Shown here piece after piece: positions 49,296 to 61,203 of a stretch of DNA of 64,000 bases. The notes under the pieces were generated by a model. It searched no databases and had not been told where the DNA came from. It saw only the letters and a list, made by a program, of their open reading frames with translations. Made by a program: the position numbers and the translations under genes. Position 1 is the stretch's first letter, and each line of letters opens with the position of its first letter. This stretch comes from an uncultured Acidobacteriota bacterium (GTDB taxonomy: Bacteria > Acidobacteriota > Thermoanaerobaculia > Gp7-AA8): positions 2,304,001 through 2,368,000 of the forward strand of contig CAWGHO010000002.1 in NCBI GenBank assembly GCA_963822445.1, read 5' to 3'.

Positions 49296-49844
49296 GTGCC
49301 GCAATCCACGGTTCTTCTCCTTGGCGATCCTCGCCTTCGCGTTCGCTCGACGGAGGTCGATGCGCACGACGCTGATGCGTTCGACTCGCTCGCGGCGACA
49401 CTCGATGCCTTTCGCCGCGAACATGGCTTCGGCCGGGCGATCTCCGCGCCGCAGATCGGGATCGCCCGCCGCTTCATCGCCGTGAATCTCGGGGAAAACA
49501 CGTTCTTCGTGGTCAACCCGGTCATCTCCTGGCGCAGCGACGAGACCTTCACGATGTGGGACGACTGCATGAGCTTCCCCGACCTGCTCGTGCGCGTCGA
49601 GCGGACGAAGTCGCTCTCCCTCGAATACGTCGACGAGCATGGCAAGCCGAAGACGTGGAACGAGCTCGATCAGGCCGCGGCGGAATTGCTGCAGCACGAG
49701 ATCGATCACCTCGATGGGATTCTCGCCGTCGATCGCGCGCTCGATCGCGAGGCGCTGGTGATCAAGAGCGTGTACGAGCGCGATCGCGAGCGATTTGACG
49801 CGATGGTCGACTACACCATTGCGCCGCTAAACCAGCCTCGCTGA
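49296..49844 (+). CDS. def: Peptide deformylase-like protein (atypical motifs)
   Basis: LGDPRLR, GRAISAPQIG, DDCMS (for EGCLS), QHEIDHLDG. Confidence 0.8.
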   Translation: MPQSTVLLLGDPRLRVRSTEVDAHDADAFDSLAATLDAFRREHGFGRAISAPQIGIARRFIAVNLGENTFFVVNPVISWRSDETFTMWDDCMSFPDLLVRVERTKSLSLEYVDEHGKPKTWNELDQAAAELLQHEIDHLDGILAVDRALDREALVIKSVYERDRERFDAMVDYTIAPLNQPR

Positions 49845-50413
49845 CGCTCGTCCGCGAGCCGCCCTTCCAGGTAAGTCCAGAGCGCGGGGCATCCGCCTTC
49901 GATCTCCGGCCGGCACCGGCGCACGACTTGGTCGTGAGTGATTCCGTGCTCGCGCCAGCTCTGGCCGTTGTTCGCCAGGTTCAGCAGCACCGGCATCGCT
50001 CGATCGACCGAATGCGCGAAACGCGACTCGAGCGTCTGCTCCTCTTCGAATTCCAGCCACAGCGACATCAGGTGGTCGCGTTGCGCGTCGGGGAGCATCC
50101 CGAAGATTCGCGTCACCGCCGCGCGCTCGCCCGCTTTGCGCTCCGCCAGACCTTCGGCGACGAAAGCGCTGGTGTCGCCGGTGTCGATCTCGCCGACGTC
50201 GTGAACGAGGAGCATGCTGATGACGCGGTTGATGTCGATCGTTGCGTCCGCGAACGGCGCGAGGGACGTCGCCAGCAGCGCGAGCTGCCAACTGTGCTCG
50301 GCTGGGTTTTCGAAGCGGTCCACGCCGCGCACGCGGATCTTGCGCGTGATGGTCTTGAGTTTGTCGAGCTCGAGGATGAAGTCGGCGATTTGCTGCATCA
50401 GCGGTTTTTCCAT
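49811..50413 (-). CDS. HD-domain hydrolase
   Basis: ENPAEHSW, LVHDVGEI, DR motif. Confidence 0.9.
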   Translation of the reverse strand: MEKPLMQQIADFILELDKLKTITRKIRVRGVDRFENPAEHSWQLALLATSLAPFADATIDINRVISMLLVHDVGEIDTGDTSAFVAEGLAERKAGERAAVTRIFGMLPDAQRDHLMSLWLEFEEEQTLESRFAHSVDRAMPVLLNLANNGQSWREHGITHDQVVRRCRPEIEGGCPALWTYLEGRLADERQRGWFSGAMV

Positions 50414-52689
50414 TCGCTCTTCAACAATCGTTGATACTGGCCGGGCGGCATCTCGTGCGCGGCTTTTTCGAGACGGGCCTTCGCTTCGTCGTGTCGTCCG
50501 AGGGCGACGAGGAGCGTGGCCATGCCATACGAGGAGACGAATCGTTTCTGCGACAGCTCTTCGAGCGTTGTCAGCGTCTTCTGCGCGTCATCCACGCGGC
50601 CCGCGGCAACCTGGGCGAGACCAACGCGAACGAGACTGCGAGGATCGCCGCCGAGCTGCCAGGCAGTCGCCGCTTCGGTGACCGCTTCCGCGTTCCGCTT
50701 CTGCTTCAGGTACGCGCCGGCCAGGACGTAATGGCCGAACGCGAAGTCCGGCTCGAGCGCGAGCGCGCGATTGCATTCGGCCACGGCTTCATCGAGCCTC
50801 CCGGCATCGGCGTACACGCCTCCCAGCTCGGCAATGATGATCAGACTCAGCGGATCGAGCTCCTCGGCACGCCGGATCTCGCGAATCGCTTCGTCGAACC
50901 GCTTCATCTCCACGAGACAGCGGCTGTACCACTGATGCGCGGTCGCGTAGCTTGGATTGAGCTCGATGGCGCGCTCGAAGTTCTTCGCGGCCTTCGCCAG
51001 ATCGCTTCCGAAGTTCATCTCGAAGTAGGCGAGCGACGTATGCGCCTCGGCCAGCGTGTCGTCGATGGCCAGCGCCTTCGCCGCTGCCTCGCGCGCGAGA
51101 GGCAGCGCTTTCGCGGGTGGTGCTTCGTTGTAGATCGACTGGAGGATGTGCGCGTCGGCGAGACCCGCGTAGGCGCGTGCGTACTCGCGATCGCGGGCGA
51201 TGGCGTCGTTGAAGTACCCGATGGCCCGCTCGAACGCGCCGCCGGTGCGCTTGTTCAATTCATAGCGGCCCTGCAGATACAGCCGGTAGGCCTCGCCGCT
51301 TTCGGTGTGGCGCGTCGCGCCGCTCAACTCGAGGCGGAGCTGCTCGGCGATCTTGCGGGAGATGGCGGCCTGCGCCGTCGACAGATCATCGAGTCGCGTG
51401 TTGAATCGCTCGCCCCACAAATGTCGGTTGGTGCGGCCGTCGATCAGCTCCGTCGAGATCAGCAGGCCGCCTTCGCCTGGATGGACGACGCGGCCGGTGA
51501 GCACGGCCTGCACTTTCAAGTCCTTCGCGACCTGCTGCGGCGACTGCTCCTTGCCTTTGTAGCGGAACACCGACGCGCGCGAGACGACGGAAAGGTCGGG
51601 GATGCCCGCGAGATCGGAGATGAGCATCTCGGTGATGCCGTCGGTGAGGTAGTCGTTGCTCGGATCGCGCGTGTCGTTGATGAAAGGGAGTACGGCGATG
51701 GAGCGGATCGGCGTATCGGTCGCTGGTTTTTTGATGAACACGATCCCGAGGGCGATCGCCGATACGACGACGGCGATGAGTGGCGCCAGCCATTTCCGCG
51801 GCCTGGCCAGGTCGACATCACCGGATGCAGTCAGTGAGCGCAGGGCGAAGGCGAGGTCGCGCGCGGATTGAAATCGTGCCGCCGGCTTCTTTTCCACGCA
51901 GCGGTGGATGATGCGATCGAGCTCGTACGGAACGCGCGCACCGGACTCGCTGAGCGGCGGAAGATCATCGCGCAGAACCGCGGTCATCGTGTCGATCGCC
52001 GTCTCGGAGCGGAACGCGCCGCGGCCGGTAATGCACTCGAAGAGGATGCAGCCGAGGGCGAAGAGGTCGGTGACCGCGGTCGTGGGCTCGGCGCGGAGTT
52101 GTTCGGGTGCCATGTAGCCGACGGTGCCGATGACGTTGGTGTCGCTGTCCAGCTCGTCGCTGTGCAGCCGTTCGGTGGGTTGTGAATCGTCCACCTCGAC
52201 AGCGGGTTTCGGCCGCGCGCGAGCGAGACCGAAGTCGAGGATCTTCACCAGGCCTTCGTCGGTGATGAAGATGTTCTCCGGCTTTAGATCGCGATGAACG
52301 ATGCCCTTTGCATGCGCTGCGGCGAGGCCGTCGGCAATCGACGCGCCGATCTCCGCGGCGCGACGCCAGGACATCGGTCCGTGACTGAGAACGGTGCGGA
52401 GCGTGTCGCCTTCCAGGAGCTCGGTGACGACGTAGGAAAGCTCACCTTCCTGTTCGAACTCGTACAGCGCGAGGACGTTCGGATGGGAGATGGCCGCGAC
52501 AGCTTTCGCTTCGCGGTTCAGCCCCGCGCGGGCGTCGTCATCACGGGAAAGCCGCTGGGGGAGGACTTTGATGGCGACGTCGCGGGCCACGCGCACGTCA
52601 TGCGCGCGGTAGACCTCGCCCATGCCGCCCGAGGCGATGGGCGCGACGATCTCGTACGCGCCGAGGCGGGTTCCCGGAGTTAGATGCAA
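50398..52689 (-). CDS. Ser/Thr kinase with TolB-like and TPR domains
   Basis: GGMGEVY, HRDLKPEN, DFG, YMAPE, SIAVLPF, TPRs. Confidence 0.95.
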   Translation of the reverse strand: MHLTPGTRLGAYEIVAPIASGGMGEVYRAHDVRVARDVAIKVLPQRLSRDDDARAGLNREAKAVAAISHPNVLALYEFEQEGELSYVVTELLEGDTLRTVLSHGPMSWRRAAEIGASIADGLAAAHAKGIVHRDLKPENIFITDEGLVKILDFGLARARPKPAVEVDDSQPTERLHSDELDSDTNVIGTVGYMAPEQLRAEPTTAVTDLFALGCILFECITGRGAFRSETAIDTMTAVLRDDLPPLSESGARVPYELDRIIHRCVEKKPAARFQSARDLAFALRSLTASGDVDLARPRKWLAPLIAVVVSAIALGIVFIKKPATDTPIRSIAVLPFINDTRDPSNDYLTDGITEMLISDLAGIPDLSVVSRASVFRYKGKEQSPQQVAKDLKVQAVLTGRVVHPGEGGLLISTELIDGRTNRHLWGERFNTRLDDLSTAQAAISRKIAEQLRLELSGATRHTESGEAYRLYLQGRYELNKRTGGAFERAIGYFNDAIARDREYARAYAGLADAHILQSIYNEAPPAKALPLAREAAAKALAIDDTLAEAHTSLAYFEMNFGSDLAKAAKNFERAIELNPSYATAHQWYSRCLVEMKRFDEAIREIRRAEELDPLSLIIIAELGGVYADAGRLDEAVAECNRALALEPDFAFGHYVLAGAYLKQKRNAEAVTEAATAWQLGGDPRSLVRVGLAQVAAGRVDDAQKTLTTLEELSQKRFVSSYGMATLLVALGRHDEAKARLEKAAHEMPPGQYQRLLKSEWKNR

Positions 52690-52719
52690 TGCGCGGAATG
52701 GTACCGCGCGTGCGGGGGC

Positions 52720-53178
52720 CTACTTCCGCAGTTCCACGCCGGTGGCCACGAACGAGATCTCCAGCGCCGTGCCGTCCGCGTCGCGATTCAGCTTCGCGCC
52801 TTCATCGGCCAGATGCTGGGCCTCGTCCTTCGACAGCTTCTTCACCGCGACCACGCCTTCCATGCGCGCGCGCTGGCCTTTGCTGTCTTTCGGAATGAAG
52901 AAGCCGTAATCCTTGAACGTCACGCGCATCCCGCTCTGTCCCGCCTCGGGAACGACCTGCATCCAGCAGCCTTTGTTCTGGCAGGCCGTCTCGACGAGAC
53001 CTTCCACGACGATCGCGGACTTTGTGAATTCCTCGGGCTTCTGGAGGACGTCCGCGAGCGGAACGGCCTTGGTGTCGGCGGAGATCGCGGCACCGCGGGT
53101 GACGACGTCTTCGCCGGCGAAAGCGGCCGTGGCGGTCAAGGTGAGAGCGATGGCGAGAGCGATGGTGAGTTTCTGCAT
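52720..53178 (-). CDS. DUF4920 family protein
   Basis: Signal peptide, CQNKGCWM, FKDYGFFIP, ATGV. Confidence 0.88.
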   Translation of the reverse strand: MQKLTIALAIALTLTATAAFAGEDVVTRGAAISADTKAVPLADVLQKPEEFTKSAIVVEGLVETACQNKGCWMQVVPEAGQSGMRVTFKDYGFFIPKDSKGQRARMEGVVAVKKLSKDEAQHLADEGAKLNRDADGTALEISFVATGVELRK

Positions 53179-53536
53179 GGGCGTGCGTAACGATACCTGA
53201 CTGTCAGATATTCGAGACGCGAGTCTGTATGGAAATCTCGACAGCGGCCCATCTTCCGAAACGGCTAACCCATTTCGATTCAGCACTTTGATTTCCTGAG
53301 ACCGGTGGCACCTCCCTCGCCATCAGTAGCCGGCCAATGGAGGAAACCAAAGTGAGTCTTCGAATCGTGTATCGGGTTGTGTTCGTGATGTTCCTCGCAG
53401 TCATGTCGCTGCGCGCCTTCGCGCAGACGGTCACCATCGCCTTCGATGGGGGCGTGGTCGGCGGCGCGTTCGAGCCCAATCCCATTTTCGACGAGCCGTC
53501 AGAGCCGGACGAGGATGGCTTCGAGACGACGGAGCA

Positions 53537-53627
53537 TTGGAGTGCGGCGGCTCTGCCGCCGCTTTTTCAGCGCGCGGAGCGCGCCTCCGGCGCGTACCAA
53601 AGCGGTGGCAGAGCCACCGCACTCCAA
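53537..53627. repeat. REP-doublet-like element (TTGGAGTGCGGCGGC...CCGCACTCCAA)
   Basis: Two inverted copies, each with an internal hairpin. Confidence 0.85.
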
Positions 53628-53628
53628 G

Positions 53629-53660
53629 AAAAAAAGGCCGGCGTTTCCGCCGGCCTTTTT
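53629..53660. terminator. Bidirectional intrinsic terminator
   Basis: A-tract, GGCCGGCG stem, TTTC loop, CGCCGGCC, T-tract; just downstream of the pyrophosphatase stop. Confidence 0.85.
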
Positions 53661-53680
53661 GCGTTGCGATGCGAGCTCGA

Positions 53681-56201
<2,521 letters not shown>

Positions 56202-56324
56202 TGATTCCTCCGTGTTGTGGATGCGATCGACCCGGGTCCGGGAGCCCGCAGGCAAGCGTTTCCCGTCAGGTGTGGGTCGTTAGGGCGCGCGGATTGTACA
56301 CGAGGAGCCTCCGCGAGGGTCACC

Positions 56325-56359
56325 GAATGTCCCCATCGCCTGCCCAGAATGTCCCCATC
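56325..56359. promoter_or_regulatory. 13-bp direct repeat, 22-bp period
   Basis: GAATGTCCCCATC at 56325-56337 and 56347-56359. Confidence 0.6.
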
Positions 56360-56515
56360 CCCGGACCACTTCCGGAACGGTTTCCGCAGGTGCGGCTGGC
56401 CGTACGTACGTCGATCCGCCTGCTGCAGCGGGCTTGGGGGAAAGGAGGCAGGCTCGCCTTTACCCATCACGAAACGTCCGCATTTCGCGTTTTTTCGAAA
56501 GATCAGGAGAGCGTC

Positions 56516-57037
56516 ATGAAAACGACATGGAGAGTGCTCCTCGGAGCGCTCGCATTCGCAGCGTTCTTCGTTCCTACGGCCTCGGCGCAGATCGAGTGTT
56601 ATCAGTGCGATCCCTGGGGCCCGTGCTACGAGAGCTGTTGGTACTGTCAGACTCCCCATCCCGATTACTGTCCGCAGAACGACGTGGTCTATACGACGTG
56701 CGGCGACGCCACGGGGGCGTGCATGGAGGAGAACTGCACGCCGAACTGGCAGGAGACCGGCCGGGTCGCTGTCGGCACGTACGGGGAGGCGATCGATTAC
56801 TGGAGGTGTGCCTTCTTCGAGGACTGTGAATGCGAGCACCACACGGTTTATCGGGTCACCGAGGAAGACCAGAATCAATGCAACACCAGCTCGTACTACT
56901 GGGAGCGTGAGTTCTGCGACGACGTCCAGACCGGCGAGAAACACGGCAACGACCAGCCGGATTGCTGCGACGGCTACGGCCCCGGCGGAGGTCCTGACCC
57001 AACCTACACCTGTAACCACTGGCACAGCTGCTTCTGA
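56516..57037 (+). CDS. Secreted cysteine-rich protein (18 Cys)
   Basis: AGGAG RBS, signal peptide ending ASA|Q, acidic Trp/Tyr/Cys-rich mature region. Confidence 0.85.
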   Translation: MKTTWRVLLGALAFAAFFVPTASAQIECYQCDPWGPCYESCWYCQTPHPDYCPQNDVVYTTCGDATGACMEENCTPNWQETGRVAVGTYGEAIDYWRCAFFEDCECEHHTVYRVTEEDQNQCNTSSYYWEREFCDDVQTGEKHGNDQPDCCDGYGPGGGPDPTYTCNHWHSCF

Positions 57038-57042
57038 CCGGC

Positions 57043-57076
57043 GCTGCCGGGGCGCGGGCGACCGCGCTCCGGCAGC
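57043..57076 (+). other. Strong intergenic stem-loop without U-tract
   Basis: GCTGCCGGGGCGCGG-GCGA-CCGCGCTCCGGCAGC. Confidence 0.65.
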
Positions 57077-57106
57077 ACCTTCAACGCTTGACGTGAGGAG
57101 ACACGA

Positions 57107-58129
57107 ATGAAAATCCGAGTGCTGATTTTGACGGCGATGGTTCTCGTCCTGGCCGTGACGGCCGTGGCGGGTGACAAGGGAGTGGCGCGGATCAACGGCG
57201 TGGTGGTCACGGAAGCAGAGCTCGATCGGGCCATCGGTTCGCGACTGATGCGCGTCCGTTCCGAGGAGTACCAGATGAAGGTGGCCATCCTCGACGAGCT
57301 GGTGGCCGACAAGCTCATCGCCGCCGAGGCCGCGCGGCGCGGCGTGACCGTCGACGAACTGCTGAAGGTCGAGGTCGACGCGAAGACGAAGGTCCCGGCG
57401 GACGTCGACCTCGAGACGATGTACGACGGGATGCGCGAGCGCTTCGGGAACATGCCGAAGGAGGCCGCGATCGCCGAGATGCGGACCAAGCTGCAGGCCC
57501 GCAAGGCCCACGAGCGGAAAGAAGCGTTCGTGAAGGAGTTGCGCGCGAAGTCTGGAGTGGAGGTGCTGATCCAGCCGCCGCGCGTGGACCTGCGCGCCGA
57601 TGGACCGTCGCGAGGCAATCCGGATGCGCCGGTCACGATCATCGGCTTCTCGGACTTCGAGTGCCAGTTCTGCGGCCGGGCCGCGGAAACGCTCCGCACG
57701 ATCGAGCAGCGTTATGGCGACAGCGTACGCATCGTCCATCGCGACTATCCGCTGATGTCGCACAAAGGTGCTGCGAAGGCAGCCGAGGCCGCGCACTGCG
57801 CCTCCGAGCAGGGCAAGTTCTGGGAGATGCACGACAAGCTGTTCGCCAAGGGCGGCTCGATCGCCCGGCCGGATCTGACCCGGTTCGCGCGCGAGCTGCA
57901 GCTCGAGACCGAGCCGTTCGAGACCTGCGTCGACTCCGGGAAGTACCAGGCCACCTGGCGCCGGTCGTTCGAAGAAGGCGGCGCGATCGGCGTCCGCAGC
58001 ACGCCGACGTTTTTCATCAACGGCCGGCTGGTTTCCGGCGCCGCGTCGATCGAGTCCTTCGCGAAGCTGATCGACGAAGAGCTGGCGCTCACGCCGAAAC
58101 GGGAGAGCGTCAAGGCCGCGGCAAAATGA
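57107..58129 (+). CDS. DsbA-family thioredoxin with SurA-like N-terminal domain
   Basis: VARINGVVVT, FSDFECQFC, FWEMHD, GVRSTPTFFING. Confidence 0.92.
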   Translation: MKIRVLILTAMVLVLAVTAVAGDKGVARINGVVVTEAELDRAIGSRLMRVRSEEYQMKVAILDELVADKLIAAEAARRGVTVDELLKVEVDAKTKVPADVDLETMYDGMRERFGNMPKEAAIAEMRTKLQARKAHERKEAFVKELRAKSGVEVLIQPPRVDLRADGPSRGNPDAPVTIIGFSDFECQFCGRAAETLRTIEQRYGDSVRIVHRDYPLMSHKGAAKAAEAAHCASEQGKFWEMHDKLFAKGGSIARPDLTRFARELQLETEPFETCVDSGKYQATWRRSFEEGGAIGVRSTPTFFINGRLVSGAASIESFAKLIDEELALTPKRESVKAAAK

Positions 58130-58165
58130 AGCGAGGCAGGAGCGCCGGCGTTCTCGCTGGCGCTC

Positions 58166-59359
58166 CTACAGCGCGATTTTGAGCATCACCGGATCGCTCA
58201 GTTTCGAAAGCGGCCAGATCTTTCCGCTCTCGTCGAAGGAGCGCAGTCCGGGATTGGCGATGAAGAAGTAACTGCCGCCGACGATGGCGCCGGTGGTGGG
58301 AAGCTCGAAGAGGCGATTTTTCGACTCGAGGACTTCCATGCGATTGGTGTCGAGATGCACGCGGATCAGGCGCGGGTTGCCGATGCTGTTCTGGATGCCG
58401 ATCAGCGTCCCGCGATAAAAATCGAGACCGTCGATGCCGCCGAGGAGCGTGTTCGGCACTTCGATCTTCGCGCGGGTTTTGTCGGCAAGGGTGAAGCGAT
58501 GCAGGCCGCGGAAATCGGCGACGTACAGATAGGTGCCGTCATTGTCGACGGCATGGGTGATGCCGTTCGGGAAGCCGAAACCGTCCGCGTAGGTCTCGAA
58601 CTTGTCGGCGCCGGGCGCGAGGCGGACGACCGTGTGGCCGCCCATGTCCGTGGCGAAGATCGTTCCGTCCTCGAGCAGGGTGAGGTCGTTCAATCGGGCC
58701 GGGGCGGGATCGATTTTGCGGAGCAGTTTCCCGGTGCCGAGGGCGTACGCGGCGAGCATCGATGAGTCCTGCCCCTTCACAGAACCGCGCATCTCGGGAG
58801 TGGTCGAGCTGATGACCCAGAGGATGCGATTCTCGTGATCGATCTTCATCCCCAGACCGCCGAGCATTCCGTCCTGACCTTCCTTCACGAAGTCAGTGGC
58901 GCGGCCGGAGGGATCGACGCGGATCACTTTCCGCCGATAGATGCTGCTCACGTAGAACGTGTCTTCGATCTTGTCGTAGGCGATGCCCTCGGGGACGAGG
59001 TCGCGCTGGCCGGCGATGGTGAAGGCGACTTCGGCGTTGTTGACGCGGGGCTCCCGGGCATCGAGCTTCGCGACGATGTTGCGAAACGTTGAACCTCGCG
59101 AGCTCCTGAAAGCGATCGGACTGGCGCCGTGTTGCCAACCGAGCTCGTCAAGGCGGGTGAGCCAGCGGACGACCTGGTCCGTCTCGCCGGTTTTGTCATG
59201 GTAGGTTGCGAGAACGTAGATCCACGGCATGTTCGTGGGTTGCTGCGCGATCGCATCCGTCAGTTGTTTGATCGCGCCGCGGGTTTGCTCGTCGACCACG
59301 ATCGGTTTCGTCGAACAGGCGAGAACGACGGCGACGAAGAGCAGCGCGATCCGTTTCAT
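58166..59359 (-). CDS. Lipoprotein with SMP-30/gluconolactonase-like beta-propeller
   Basis: Lipobox VLAC, PEGIAYD, LNDL, PNGI, IDGL. Confidence 0.8.
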   Translation of the reverse strand: MKRIALLFVAVVLACSTKPIVVDEQTRGAIKQLTDAIAQQPTNMPWIYVLATYHDKTGETDQVVRWLTRLDELGWQHGASPIAFRSSRGSTFRNIVAKLDAREPRVNNAEVAFTIAGQRDLVPEGIAYDKIEDTFYVSSIYRRKVIRVDPSGRATDFVKEGQDGMLGGLGMKIDHENRILWVISSTTPEMRGSVKGQDSSMLAAYALGTGKLLRKIDPAPARLNDLTLLEDGTIFATDMGGHTVVRLAPGADKFETYADGFGFPNGITHAVDNDGTYLYVADFRGLHRFTLADKTRAKIEVPNTLLGGIDGLDFYRGTLIGIQNSIGNPRLIRVHLDTNRMEVLESKNRLFELPTTGAIVGGSYFFIANPGLRSFDESGKIWPLSKLSDPVMLKIAL

Positions 59360-59374
59360 AGCAGCGGAGGATAG

Positions 59375-60448
59375 ATGCTGTCCCTTCTCCTGGCGGTGTT
59401 GGTCATCAAATCGTTGCAGCCGTTGCACACGTTGACCATCGAAGTTCCCGACGTTTCGGTTTACGGCTACGCGCGGGACGAGCAGTTCGAATACCTGGCG
59501 ACGCCGAAAGGGCTGTACCGCGCCCCGCGACTGGCTACGTCGCAACCGCAACTGATCGCGTTCGGCGGCGAGGCTGTGCATGCGGTCGCCGTGCACGAGG
59601 GCGCGTTGTACGTCGCGAAAGGGGAGGGGAACGAGGCCGGCGCGTCGACGGGACACACATTCGTGCGCTCGACCGATCACGGCGCGACGTTCACCAACAT
59701 CGACGCGGGGCTGCTCGACTGCGCGTTGCAGCCGTGCACGTATCTCGTGCCGACGCGGATGTCGTTCGGGCCCGATCACATCTACGTGAATGCCGGCGGA
59801 AATCTGCTGGCCAGCGATGACGACGGCGCGTCGTGGCACCTCCTGTGGGGTCTCGCGCACCAAGGCAAGCCGACGTCGCAGATCTGCCCACTCAAGTTCG
59901 AGCGCATCGGCAACCTGATGCTGATGGGCGGCGAGTGTCCGCTGGACGTGGGCTGGATCCGCCGTGGAACGCTGCAAGCGAATCTCGTGGAGTGGGCGGA
60001 AGAGCCGGCGAGCGTTTCGGCGCCGGAGCTCGAGAACAGGAACGTGCAGTTCATCCGCGACCACGGCAACGGCGTCGTCTTCGCCGGAATCGAAGGCGCG
60101 TTGCTGAAGAGCACGGACAACGGCGCGACCTTCCGCTTCGTTCTGCATTACGACCTCGAGGCGGAGGACCGCTATCCGTACATCACGCAGATGGTCGTGT
60201 CCTCGCGCGATCCGCGGGTGATGATCCTCGGCGGCTTCGACAAGAAGAACGCCGTCGGCTATCTCGCTTACTCACACGACGGCGGCGATCACTGGCAGGA
60301 CATCTCGAACGCGGTCGGACCTGCGGTGGTGTCGCTGCTGGTCGAGGATGCGGATGGCCGGATGCTGGCCGGGTTGCAGAACGGCTCGCAATTCACGCTC
60401 GCCGAGTTGGTCCTCGGCGAGCGTGTGAAGCGTCGTTCGTTGCGATGA
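59375..60448 (+). CDS. Secreted BNR/Asp-box repeat protein
   Basis: STDHGATF, SDDDGASW, STDNGATF, SHDGGDHW. Confidence 0.82.
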   Translation: MLSLLLAVLVIKSLQPLHTLTIEVPDVSVYGYARDEQFEYLATPKGLYRAPRLATSQPQLIAFGGEAVHAVAVHEGALYVAKGEGNEAGASTGHTFVRSTDHGATFTNIDAGLLDCALQPCTYLVPTRMSFGPDHIYVNAGGNLLASDDDGASWHLLWGLAHQGKPTSQICPLKFERIGNLMLMGGECPLDVGWIRRGTLQANLVEWAEEPASVSAPELENRNVQFIRDHGNGVVFAGIEGALLKSTDNGATFRFVLHYDLEAEDRYPYITQMVVSSRDPRVMILGGFDKKNAVGYLAYSHDGGDHWQDISNAVGPAVVSLLVEDADGRMLAGLQNGSQFTLAELVLGERVKRRSLR

Positions 60449-60451
60449 AGG

Positions 60452-61135
60452 CTAGCGTCCGCCGGCGGCGGTTTCGGCCGCGCGGATGTTGATCTCCACG
60501 CGACGATTGAGCTGACGGCCTTCGGCGGTGTCGTTGGTCGACTTCGGACGCGATTCGCCGAAGCCGTACACGGTGATGTTGCCGGCGCGAACGCCACGGT
60601 CGATCAGGTAGTCGGCGACGTTCGCCGCGCGCTGCTCGGAGAGCTTCTGGTTGTACTGCTCGGTGCCGGTCGAGTCGGTGTGGCCCTCGACGATGATCAC
60701 GTTGTCCGGATACTGCGCGAAGTTCGCGGCGAGCTCGTTGAGCGTCTCACGCGAGGTGCTGCGCAACCCGGCCGAGTTGTGATCGAAGAGGATGTCGCTG
60801 GTGAGGCGGACGTTGATCTCCCCTTCCGAAGGGCGGTTGACTTCGACGCCTTCGATCTGGCGAAGCTCGGCTTCCTGCTTGTCCATGCGACGGCCGACGG
60901 CCGCGCCCACCGCGGCACCCGCAGCTGCACCGACGACTGCGCCGGTGCGGTTGTTCCCGGACTGATTTCCGACCACGCCACCCACCACGGCTCCCGCGAT
61001 TGCGCCGATGACGGCGCCACGCTTGGTCTTGCGGTTGGGATCGGTGCTGTCGCTGGTGGTGCCGGTGTCATTCGTCGTCGCGCAGGCGAAGCTGAACGCG
61101 GCGAGGATCACGAGGATGAGTACTTTTCGAGCCAT
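60452..61135 (-). CDS. OmpA-family lipoprotein with glycine zipper
   Basis: Lipobox, GAVIGA repeats, GHTDSTG, NQKLSEQRA, NRRVEI. Confidence 0.95.
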   Translation of the reverse strand: MARKVLILVILAAFSFACATTNDTGTTSDSTDPNRKTKRGAVIGAIAGAVVGGVVGNQSGNNRTGAVVGAAAGAAVGAAVGRRMDKQEAELRQIEGVEVNRPSEGEINVRLTSDILFDHNSAGLRSTSRETLNELAANFAQYPDNVIIVEGHTDSTGTEQYNQKLSEQRAANVADYLIDRGVRAGNITVYGFGESRPKSTNDTAEGRQLNRRVEINIRAAETAAGGR

Positions 61136-61203
61136 TTACTGCCTCCTAAAGATGAAAAAGACGGCTGTTGCCAGCCGTCTTCAGGTTCACGAGTGATGCC
61201 GGG

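Noticed and set aside
56516-57037. Multiheme cytochrome or radical-SAM RiPP precursor
   Set aside because: No CxxCH motifs; has a Sec-type signal and no modifying enzyme other than DsbA nearby
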